From Lingula anatina (taxonomy: Eukaryota; Animalia; Brachiopoda), in assembly GCA_051362555.1 (NCBI GenBank), contig CM120642.1, positions 29,574,001-29,638,000 on the forward strand: 64,000 nucleotides of DNA. The letters are read 5' to 3'. Positions 11,142 to 23,500 of the stretch are shown here, piece after piece. The position numbers and the translations under genes are program-made. The first letter of the stretch is position 1; each line of letters begins with the position of its first letter. Under the pieces are notes generated by a model that was not told the DNA's origin, made no database searches, and saw only the letters and a program-made list of their open reading frames with translations.

Positions 11142-14100
11142 CCAGTGTCGTTTGGTAGCAGATCTTCCAAAAATTTAAATAGTTTATTTTAACTTGTATC
11201 TGTAATCTTGTTGTCTGAGATTATAATTCAAAAAATTATGTTGGTTTCCCTTGACATATTACAGAGAGAGACCTCTCTCTCTCTTTGCTAGCATGTGTGT
11301 GTGTGGTAAAGTAAAATTTAATTAAAATTTTTGTTGATATGCAATGTGCTTTTTGTTGATTCCACATTCCGCTTTTCACCCCCAGCCTGTGGATGTAATC
11401 AAGATGGCACAGTACTACAGAGTAATGTGTGTGAGAAGCAGCAAGGCCAGTGTCCCTGTAAGCCTAACATACATCTGAGGACATGCAGTGAATGCAGGGA
11501 TGGCTTCTACGACTTCCCAGCAGGAAGGAGTGCCGAGGTCAGTTCAAGAGATGTCAGTTTTATTGCAGGTTTTTTTTTTGTACAGTTATGGTACATACGT
11601 GTTAATATTTTAATTATTAATAGCAAAGGAATGCAATATTAGTTGAATAATTTTATCTGCTTCTTAAAGTAGTAAAAATTATTTTAAACTTATTAACACA
11701 AACATCATTTTATTTTGCATGATTCTCTTATAATGGGTTAATTTAACATAACATAACATAACATAACATAATTTTATTTCACGTCAGTTTTCCAACAAGC
11801 ACAACACTAGCCATAGCAGGCTAATATCACCGACAGAATGAAATAAATTAATGTGAAGTACTATAATAGTGATATAAAATTTAAATAAATAAATAATTTA
11901 TTTTTATATGCAGTTATTTTACCTGAGAAAATATTAAAAGTATTTAAGTGTTTAACACTATTGATTGTATAAAAGTGAGATGTTGCCTTAGAGGCTACCT
12001 GAGATTTAAAACCAGAATGCCTTTTAGGCTATACATTTGCACACAATTCACATTTCCAGTTTGACTGGGGTGTCCAGTTTTGGACCATACCTTTAAAAGT
12101 GTCCAGATCTTTACAATTTTTCATTGATACTGGCAACATATTCCATAGTTTAGCACCACTGTAGGCTAATGAATTTAATCCATAGCATTTTGTCCTGCAG
12201 TGCTTCTGAAGCAACTGATTTGAGTTCCTTAAGCTGTAAGGTACTTCTTTAACACTGAACAAATCCCACATGAAAGGTGGGGAGAGCTTATTTACTGATT
12301 TAAACACTTCAATTATTACAGCTCTATTCCTAGAAAGCTCAAGAGTAGATAACCCTGCTTTCTCTAGTAATGTACTATAACTAGACTCAAAATCATCATA
12401 CACAAACTTTAAGGCTCTGTACTGAATGCGTTCCATCTTTGCACAATCTACAGCACCACAAAAGTTCCAAGCTAAAGCACAATAGTTAAACTGTGATAAA
12501 ATAAAACATCTAAAGACTTGTAGTCTAGACATTTCATCAAGGTACTGTGAAAGTCTCTGTAACACTTTAAGTTGAGCACCTGCCTTCTTACATAGTACAC
12601 TGATATGATAATGAAAATTAAGTCTTTCATCAATATTCACACCTAATAGTTTCACATGTGGTTCTGTGGTGATATTAGCATTATCAATACTGATAGTATT
12701 TCTATCTGTAGTTTCATTTAACATAATAGCATGAAATTTAGATGGGTTAGCCTCCATCATATTGTCTCTGAACCACTTTATGGCAGTCTCTGACTCTGTA
12801 GTTAGAGTCTCTATCACCTCCTGTCTGGTTGGGTGCATAGCGACTAGAGTGTTGTCGTCAGCATAGTTGTATAACGACGCTCTGGTGATCGTTGCGTAAA
12901 TGTCATTCATGAAGACATTGAAGAGGATCGGTCCCATGATGGAACCCTGCGGGACCCCCTTTACCAGCGGTAGCCAATCACTGACATGTCCAGAGAGTTT
13001 AACCCTCTGACTGCGTGACGAAAGGTACGCCCATATCAAGGCACAACCTTTTTGCGACATGCCGTAGGCCCTGAGCTTGGCGATAATGAGCTGGTGCGGC
13101 AAACAGTCGAACGCCTTGCTCAGGTCCATTAGGATGGCTCCTGCGTGGTTGCGATTTTCCAAGGACTGCTTCCAGTCCTCGATCAAGCGAAGAAGCACAT
13201 ACTGGCAGTTGTATCCTCTCCTATAAGCGGCCATCCTGGGATCCAGGATCCGCTCTTTTCATTTTCTGCTGGTTTGACATTGGCTAGTTTGTTTTATCCC
13301 TGAGAATGTTTGAATTTAATAAAGCAATATAAGAAATAAAATACTATATAATTTACAATAGGATAAATCTTGACAAGCAAATTTCCTGTAACATTTCAAA
13401 GACAGCTTATTAGTATTGATAGAGTTCATGAATTAAATCCCCCCCCCCCCCCCTCCCCAATACTGTTACAGTAGAGAAGGCTTTCTTGACCATGTAACCA
13501 AACACTACTATTTCTCCTCCAGGACTGTCAAGACTGTGCATGTGACCCCGGAGGGTCAAGGTCACTGGTGTGTGACAAGGTCACTGGATTCTGCCAGTGT
13601 CGTCCCAATGTCGTCTCCAAGACATGTAACACTGTGGCGCCAGGCTACTTTCACCCCTATACAGATGCTATGTACTACAAGGTGTCCCGGGGAAACTGCT
13701 CTGAGGCATCTGATGTGGTATATGTGGGCAGGTTTACAGGGATGACTTTCCAGTCTTGTTTGGGGAATGCCTACATGGAGTTTGGACCACTGAGTCTTGA
13801 TTCAAGGATCAGTCAGAATGAAATGTATGTACAGTATGTAAATATTTACTTTGAAAGTTGTATTTTTTCAACGGAACTTTTTGATTTCTTTTCATTTTCT
13901 GCTGGTTTGACATTGGCTAGTTTGTTTTATCCCTGAGAATGTTTGAATTTAATAAAGCAATATAAGAAATAAAATACTATATAATTTACAATAGGATAAA
14001 TCTTGACAAGCAAATTTCCTGTAACATTTCATGTGGATTGTTAATGTCCATAATGTGACTAAAAAGTAGTCTCAAAGTTTGTGATTTTATATAAAAGGTT

Positions 14101-17100
14101 GAACATTTTCACTACAGGTATGTGTACCCAGCGGTTCGGTTTTCATATGACAATGCCATTATGAATGGAGTACTGGATATCACTGTAGATGGCAGTACTG
14201 TTGGTGAGACCTGCCCCACTACAAGAGGAGCCCTGACCAGTATGGGCACTGTCTTTACGCAAGGTTAGATCAAGAGCTTATATGCTAATTATCAAGTTCT
14301 AGACACTGTTTTTGACAGGTTTTTGACAGGTTTTCTAACAATTTTATTTACAGAGTCAGTTTTGAAAAAGAAGCAACTTATTATATTTATTAGCGGACAA
14401 ATATTCTATTCAATAACTGTTGTAGCTTTAAATAGCTTTGTTCATGGACATCTAAAAGAAAATTATTTGATATTTTGATTACCAGTCATTTCTCAGCCAA
14501 ACATAAAGTTTCAATATAAATTGTGCTCACCAGAAACTAGCAATAAAAATTATTTCTGAGCTACTCAAGATGTTTTTAATTCTTTAAACAGGGACTGGCA
14601 ATGCCTGGGTGTCCATATCCCCAGTGCAGCTGGACAAGAGATGTCAGTACATCTTTACACTGAGTCTACTGGGGGAGCCTAACTCAGTTATCACCATTGA
14701 TGCTCTCCTCTTGTTGCCAGCCTTGGAGTACACAGACGCTTTCATCCAAGCAGGTATTTCAGACAATTTGCAATGGTTAAAATATTCTTCCTTTGAAGAT
14801 TGCCTCCTTTTTAAGGGTAAAACAGATTTTAGCAAATTGTCTTATTTTATGAAATGTGCAAACACTGGGAGGTATAAGTTGTCCTTGTGTATTTTTCTCT
14901 GTTTTTATTCCCGTTTTTGTTATGGAGATATATTAGATAAATGGGGAGTTTTATTTGTGCTCTTACTCCTGTCTTGGTAACAGATTATTTAAAGAGTTTA
15001 ATTTTTATCTCTGTTTGCCTGTATTGTATGAATAACTGAATATCAGATGTGTTTTCACTTTGAATTGCGTTTCAGATATAGCCACGCAACTCCAGTACAG
15101 AGATTGTGTCCAGCAGATTGCCAAACTAAACACCAAACAGCAGGCTGTCTCCAGGTTACTATGCCAACAGATGGCCTTCTCTGTCATGGCACAGCTCTAC
15201 AATGGGACTATGGGTAATTATTTACATTTATTTTAAAGAAAATAATGCTGACAAATTAAATAAATAATTTAAAATTTTTTAATGATCATAAAATGTGTCA
15301 TTTGCAAAAGTTTTCAGTTGGCTTTTCCATACAGATTTTTCAATTGAGCCAGTGTTGAAATTTTAAAGTCAGTGTCACATTTGAATTTCAACTTGGAAAC
15401 ATGCATTTAAGTATTTTTTAAAGAAAAAATTTATAATATATTAACAAAACGAGAGGCATTTTTATGTACAGACACAGATGTGTCTGTACATATAGCCATC
15501 ATCTGCGTCTGTCGTCGCCGTCGTCGCCGTCGTGCACTTTTACCGATAACACGATAAGTGGAAAACCATTTTACCTTTTGACTTGAAACTTGCAGAACTG
15601 ATGAATATTCATAATACGCAGGTCAAGTTCGAAAATCAGCATGATCGGGTCACTTTAAGGGAATTTATGCAGTTTTTTCACTTTTTTCAGCATATATGCA
15701 GCACCGATAACACGATAAGTGGAAAACCATTTTACCTTTTGACTTGAAACTTACAGAACTGATGAATATTCATAATACGCAGGTCAAGTTCGAAAATCAG
15801 CATGATCGGGTCACTTTTAGGGAATTTATGCTGTTTTTTCACTTTTTTCAGCATATATGCAGCACCGATAACACGATAAGTGGAAAACCATTTTACCTTT
15901 TGACTTGAAACTTACAGAACTGATGAATATTCATAATACGCAGGTCAAGTTCGAAAATCAGCATGATTGGGCTATTTTGAGGGAATTTATGCTGTTTTTT
16001 CACTATTTTCAATATAAATGCAACACTGATAACACAATATAAGAAAAACGGATTGGCCAATTGTAATTATACTCACAGGAGTGGTCAATCTTACTAAAAC
16101 GCAAGTTGAGTTCGAAAATCAGCATAATCGGGCCATTATTTTAGAAGTTATACTGTTTTTTTCACATTTCCTCAGATTCAATTCTTAAGCATGTTAACAG
16201 TCTCATTATTTAACTAATAAGATGCCTAAAAGTGTTTGTTTGATATTTCCTGCATCTTTACAACATTGTTAGTTGATTATGTAAAAAACATGGTAAACTT
16301 GTTATCATGTATTGTGTAATAAAGTGTCAAAAATGGAAATAAACTCATATCATTGCAGTTTGTCAGATTCAATCATCCACTATGTTCAGAATCTCAGAAT
16401 GGAGGAAATTGGACATTTAACACTGTTCTATTGATACTTTTCCCATCTCATCAATTTTTTTAGTTGGTCATATAAAAATGGCAGTAAAATGTTTATTTTG
16501 TTTTATGTTAAAAAAGTGTTAAAAATGGAAATAAACCCATTTCAGAACAGTGCTGTCTTGTTTACATTTTGGCATTTTCAAGGTGTGACTTTGAAGTTCC
16601 ATGGGCCTGAAGACCTTTGCTAGTCACATTTTCTGAATATCTGTGATACTAATATTTTATTATTAAAAATTGATGGTTATTATGCTGTTAAACATTATGT
16701 AATATTGCATCAAAATTTGAAGAAACCCCTATTTTGGGCACTGCTCCCATGATGACCATTTAAGGAAAATCATGTCACTTACTGTTCTCAAACTTACAGG
16801 AAAGAAACATGGGACTAAAATACAGCTTCAGTAGGCAATGCAGTCTGTTTGGTAATTTTTTCTGGCAGTTAAACAGTTTTTTGTGAAAATTTAATTTTTC
16901 ACATATTGGCATTTTCAAGGTGTGACTTTGAAGTTCTATGATCCTGAAGACCTTTGCTTGTCACGTTTTCTGAATGTCCATGTTACTAATATTCTATTAT
17001 TAAAAATTGATGGTCATAATGCTGTTAAACATTATGTAATGTTACATTAAAATTTGAAGAAACCCCTATTTTGGGCACTGCTTCCATGATGACCATTTAA

Positions 17101-17525
17101 GGAAAATCATGTCACTTTCTGTTCTCAAACTTACAGGAAAGAAACATGGGACTAAAATACAGCTTCAGTAGGCAATGCAGTCTGTTTGGTAATTTTTTCT
17201 GGCAGTTAAATAGTTTTTTGTGAAAATTTAATTTTTCACATATTGGCATTTTCAAGGTGTGACTCTGAAGTTCTATGATCCTGAAGACCTTTGCTTGTCA
17301 CGTTTTCTGAATGTCCATGTTACTAATATTCTATTATTAAAAATTGATGGTCATAATGCTGTTAAACATTATGTAATGTTACATTAAAATTTGAAGAAAC
17401 CCCTATTTTGGGCACTGCTTCCATGATGACCATTTAAGGAAAATCATGTCACTTTCTGTTCTCAAACTTACAGGAAAGAAACATGGGACTAAAATACAGC
17501 TTCAGTAGGCAATGCAGTCTGTTTG

Positions 17526-17569
<44 letters not shown>

Positions 17570-20500
17570 GCAGTTAAACAGTTTTTTGTGAAAATTTAAT
17601 TTTTCACATATTGGCATTTTCAAGGTGTGACTTTAAAGTTCCATGATCTTGAAGACTTTTGCTTGTCACATTTTCTGAATGTCCATGTTACTAATATTTT
17701 ATTAATAACATTTGATTGTCATTATGCTGTTTAACATTATTTAATGTTGTATCAAAATTTGAAGAAATCCCTATTTTGGGCACTGCTCCTATGATGACCA
17801 TTTAAGGGAAATCATGTCACTTACTGTTCTCAAACTTATAGGAAAGAAACATTGGACTAAAATACAGCTTCAATAGGCAACGCAGTCTGTTTGGTAAATT
17901 TTTCTGGCAATTTTTTTGTGAAAATTTAATTTTTCACTTATTTGCATCTTTATTTTCTGTTCTTTGTCTGTACATCTGACAGCTTTGCTGCCTTGTTTTA
18001 GTTTATTGTAAAAGTAGGCAATCCTGAATTTTTTTCTTACAGCCTGCGACTGTGATTCTACTGGTACAGTAGAGAACAGCGTCTGTGCCTCCTATGGTGG
18101 ACAGTGCCAGTGTAAACCTGGGGTGTTTGGTTTAAGATGTGATGTCTGTGCACCTGGCTACTACAACTTCTCAGTCAATGGATGTACAGGTAAGGACAGG
18201 TGTTTACTGTGGGAGGGGATGTCTGGAGGTATGTTTTATGGATGTACAGGTAAAGACAGGTGTTTACCTTAGGGTATATATGATGTCTACTCAGTCACTA
18301 CATTATTTTTGAGTTGCATCTGAAGCAAAATTGACTTGGTAAGCACTGATATCTAATTCCGTCATTTTTTTTTAAAGTGAGACATTTGGCCTTGGTTGGT
18401 GCTACTCCTGGGATGATTCAATGTTGTGTCCTGGGCATTTGAAATATTTGCTGGTATCATTGCAATATGCTTATCTGTGTATACATTGATGTTGTGTTTC
18501 TAGTATGTAAGATTGATGATGAACCTGTTTTTCCCAGATGAATTGTATCTGTGTATAGTCAAATTGGACATACATGTATATAGATTTATGTTAAATATTT
18601 ATATTTATTTGAGGTAGAGGGTTATATTCATGTGTCCTGGGCCTCATGCTTACCTTAATACTCCACAAATTTATAATTTATAAGTAAACGTTGATTTTTG
18701 TTTTTACTGCACAGTTACTATGGGAGTGTTATTGTAGGAGGAAGTGGTGAAGCTGGAAAACAATATCTTTAGTGAACTGTTCAGTATTGTTGTATGAATT
18801 ATTTCTGAAATTTTAAACAAGTAAAAGTGCTTTCTGTAAGACCTATATTTCTACAGAAAATTGATCAAGGTACCGGTATTTAAAAAAAATGTCTGACATA
18901 ATGTTATGAAATACCAACTGAAAAAATACTTTAACTTTTTCAAAACTCTTTTTGAAAAATTTTGGTCTTAGTCAAGTCAGCATAATAAAAATCTGTATGG
19001 AAAAGCCAACTGAAAACTTTTGCAAATGACACATTTTATGATCATTAAAAAATTTTAAATTATTTATTTAATTTGTCAGCATTATTTTCTTTAAAATAAA
19101 TGTAAATAATTACCCATAGTCCCATTGTAGAGCTGTGCCATGACAGAGAAGGCCATCTGTTGGCATAGTAACCTGGAGACAGCCTGCTGTTTGGTGTTTA
19201 GTTTGGCAATCTGCTGGACACAATCTCTGTACTGGAGTTGCGTGGCTATATCTGAAACGCAATTCAAAGTGAAAACACATCTGATATTCAGTTATTCATA
19301 CAATACAGGCAAACAGAGATAAAAATTAAACTCTTTAAATAATCTGTTACCAAGACAGGAGTAAGAGCACAAATAAAACTCCCCATTTATCTAATATATC
19401 TCCATAACAAAAACGGGAATAAAAACAGAGAAAAATACACAAGGACAACTTATACCTCCCAGTGTTTGCACATTTCATAAAATAAGACAATTTGCTAAAA
19501 TCTGTTTTACCCTTAAAAAGGAGGCAATCTTCAAAGGAAGAATATTTTAACCATTGCAAATTGTCTGAAATACCTGCTTGGATGAAAGCGTCTGTGTACT
19601 CCAAGGCTGGCAACAAGAGGAGAGCATCAATGGTGATAACTGAGTTAGGCTCCCCCAGTAGACTCAGTGTAAAGATGTACTGACATCTCTTGTCCAGCTG
19701 CACTGGGGATATGGACACCCAGGCATTGCCAGTCCCTGTTTAAAGAATTAAAAACATCTTGAGTAGCTCAGAAATAATTTTTATTGCTAGTTTCTGGTGA
19801 GCACAATTTATATTGAAACTGATGAATTGTATCTGTGTATAGTCAAATTGGACATACATGTATATAGATTTATGTTAAATATTTATATTTATTTGAGGTA
19901 GAGGGTTATATTCATGTGTCCTGGGCCTCATGCTTACCTTAATACTCCACAAATTTATAATTTATAAGTAAACGTTGATTTTTGTTTTTACTGCACAGTT
20001 ACTATGGGAGTGTTATTGTAGGAGGAAGTGGTGAAGCTGGAAAACAATATCTTTAGTGAACTGTTCAGTATTGTTGTATGAATTATTTCTGAAATTTTAA
20101 ACAAGTAAAAGTGCTTTCTGTAAGACCTATATTTCTACAGAAAATTGATCAAGGTACCGGTATTTAAAAAAAATGTCTGACATAATGTTATGAAATACCA
20201 ACTGAAAAAATACTTTAACTTTTTCAAAACTCTTTTTGAAAAATTTTGGTCTTAGTCAAGTCAGCATAATAAATGTTCATGTAATTACAAAATATGAACA
20301 CTGATATGAATAATAATATGAAAGTTTTATCAAAAAGCATGCAGCCAAGGACCATGGTTTGTAACCTATAAAGTAAGGCAGCTTTTAGCATTAGAGGCCA
20401 GCACTCCTTCCGACCTCGGGTCTCCAAGTTCCACTATTTCCCCCTCTGACCCTGCTTACACTAGTATCATAGCTGTTATCACTACTGCTGCTGTCTTGGT

Positions 20501-23500
20501 GGCCATTTGTATTTGTGCTGGGATATACAATAATGGTGTCTTTCATAGAATGATGGATTGTTTGTGCCACTGGGAATGGAGGCGCCACTGCTGCCCATGT
20601 TGTGTGCGCAAACGTCTTAGTCCTTTGAGTGTTTTGAGGAGTCTTCCTCAGCCAAATGGCAGCAGCTTCAGAGAGCAAGACAGGACACAGGTGTCAATGG
20701 GAGATAGTTGGGGAGAGGCTGATGATGAGGAGGAGGAAGTTTTAGACTTGAGAAATGTTGCTGAAGACATAAAAGATAAGGATCCAGAAATGGTTGAAGT
20801 ACGCACCAGCTCTTCATCCCTAGAGAGATATCTGGTGACATCTGGGACAACTTACTTTACTGAAAATGAAATAAACAGAAACGATAATGAAAACAGAGAT
20901 TGGAATGGTCACTTTGAGGGCGCCAGGCTTCAGTTTTCTACCCTGTCATCTGCCGAGGAGAGAAGGGTTGACCACCACCCCCAGAGTGAAAGAATGAATT
21001 GGACCAAGACTAAAAGTTTATCAGAAACAGGAAGAAAGAGGAGGCAGCTTCCAGAGATCTCCAGAATGGTCCCATTACCATTGCAAGAAAAGTCAAAGGA
21101 CACACTGGCTGTTCCAGCACTTGCTTACCCCCCTGGCAGAAGGTGGAATCCCAGAACGAGAATCAAAACAATATCCCGATCAGACGATGAAGAGTGCAGG
21201 TCAGAGAAAGAATTTCACCAGACTCAGAGCGATGAGTATGTGTCTTCCACAGGCTACGATTCTAGTATCAGTATGGACACTCTAAGTAGGAGTTGGGGCG
21301 ATAGGTCGGAGGAGGAGACGCAGTATAAGAGCTCAGGTGATGGTCTAGCACAAGCTCTTTCCACCTCCAGTGAGACTTATGAGCCTCGTTCTCATCCTGG
21401 AGGAGATATCAGATCTCACCTCAGCAAAAAAGAGAGGTTAACTAGGAAACCAAATATGTTAATAGTGCAGAGAAATGACCTTGGGTCATCCAAACAAGAA
21501 AGTAAAAATAAGCCAGGAGAGAGGTACCGCCATCAGCAGAACCACCAAGCCAAGATTAAAAGAAGATTTTCAGAGCCGTTAAAGAAGGATCAGTTTACTT
21601 ACAGTACCAGAGCTGGAAGAAGATCTTCAGATGGAAATAAACCATCGAAGAAACAATCTAGCAATGGCTATAAGTCACAACAATTTTCAAAAAGTGGTCG
21701 AGTCCTAGATAAAGATGAGTTGATCCCACATGATAAACTGGACAGTGTAGACAAACATGAGGATGTGGGGAATGCTAGTGAATCTGACTCTTATAATTCT
21801 GATGATTCTTATATTTAGGAACAATGGTCAGATCCAAATGCAGATGGAATGGAAGAAGACCTATTTTTTCTTTTGATAAAAGAAATATAATTTATCTTTT
21901 ACAATAAACAGACTGAGTGTGACTTAAACAGTATTTATGTAGAATATTTAAAAAAATTATACAAAAGATACAAGATTTTTTTAAAGACACATGAGGTTAT
22001 TTGCTAAAATATTTTCTGACATCGGAATTTCTCCTTTACTTTGAATATTCATGTTACGTTAAATGGCATATGAATGATAACTATAGCATAGAATAAATAA
22101 TTAAATTAAAATTTTACCTTGTTAGTTCTCAGGAAAATTCATCAGAACTGCTGCTTTTGGATATGCCTGTAGCATCTTATCAAATGTACATTTATATATT
22201 AAAGGACTGGCTTTATTTGATGTGCAAAATATGTCTGTATGACATGTACTAGTACACACATTTTTGTTATCATTTTCATCCTGTTTTTGGAGAGGTCAGT
22301 TTCAGGAAGGATTTATTAGTTGACAACTTTTGATGTGTTACTTAACCAAGTAAAGTCTAGCCCTTGTATATATTATACTACACTACAATACTTCTTGGAT
22401 CCCTGTTTCATACTGGGTAGCATACAGCCTGGCTGTTGTATGAGGGGTTGAAAGCTTAGCATATGTTCTACAATATCTTTCACTGCCAGCTGAACCACTT
22501 CACCCATGCTTTAACCCCTAAGTGCTGAGTGCCAAGTTGGAAGACAGCAGGTACAATTAACGAAAGAATGGTATGTCCTTAGAAAGAGTCAAACTCACGG
22601 CCTCCTACTGCAGAGATGGACACTCTAACCACAAGGCCATCTGGATGGTATAAGCCGAATTTACAAAGCTCTGCTGTGGGTGAGAGTGGGGGTCATATTT
22701 ATCCTGCTTGCTTCCTATTCTACTTGATGATAACCTGAAATTGTTCAGTGTTTATGTTAGTTTTCTAATGGTTTTCTTAGTAACCATTGGTCAGTTGTCT
22801 TCATGTATTCAGGTTAGTGCCTGGTTTGACATATTTCATTAATTTTTTTTTTCTTTTTTGATATTTGGGAGCAGGGTCAGGTATCATTGTTTTTCACCAG
22901 CTGCTTTATTTGTAAAAATGGGAGACTTTTAGTTATTTGTAAAATGATTCTTTGCATGTAAAAATGTTATTGTAGGGTTTGTTTAACTTAATAATATGAT
23001 GGGATAGCAAAGTAAAAAGAAAAAAGAAAAATAATCAGTAGTATTAAATGGCATTCTATATTATGTATAAAACATTAATAAGACATTACCAAAAATGTTA
23101 TTTCTGAAATCAAGATATGGCAATGGAAGCATGGTGATTCTCTTTAGAGTCAAATTTTACCTCATTTTGTATCTTGTGACCTCTTCGGCATACCCAGTAT
23201 ATATATCCTTGATGATGTGGCATTGATGGTGGTATGGAGTATGTTTTATGTATGGGAATATAGAGTCATGTTGTGTAGCCATTGGCATTTGATTCCAATT
23301 ACATTTCCTGGCATCAGTAAGATTGAAACCCAATAGTTCCCACACCCCTTTTTTCTGATGTATATATGTTAAGGAACTTTATATAAGAGAGCCATTCCTC
23401 TTCATTTGAGAATATACATGTATAGGATGGTAAGTTCCTCAAAGGGATATTTTAAAAAATCAGCCATTTTTTTCTTCCATAAATAATTAATTGTACTTTT

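Noticed and set aside
10915-11178. CVCVCV / THTHTH ORFs (also 28029-28426)
   Set aside because: Translations of (CA)n microsatellites
12029-13234. RT as a retron, DGR, group II intron or domesticated gene
   Set aside because: Motifs, 3' tandem tail and 5' truncation are those of an ordinary non-LTR retrotransposon
15544-17940. Regularly spaced repeats resembling a CRISPR array
   Set aside because: Whole 161-bp and 337-bp units repeat with no unique spacers, there are no cas genes, and the context is a eukaryotic intron
19347-19718. Minus-strand 123-aa ORF as a separate gene
   Set aside because: It is only the inverted copy of laminin exon 9 plus intron read-through
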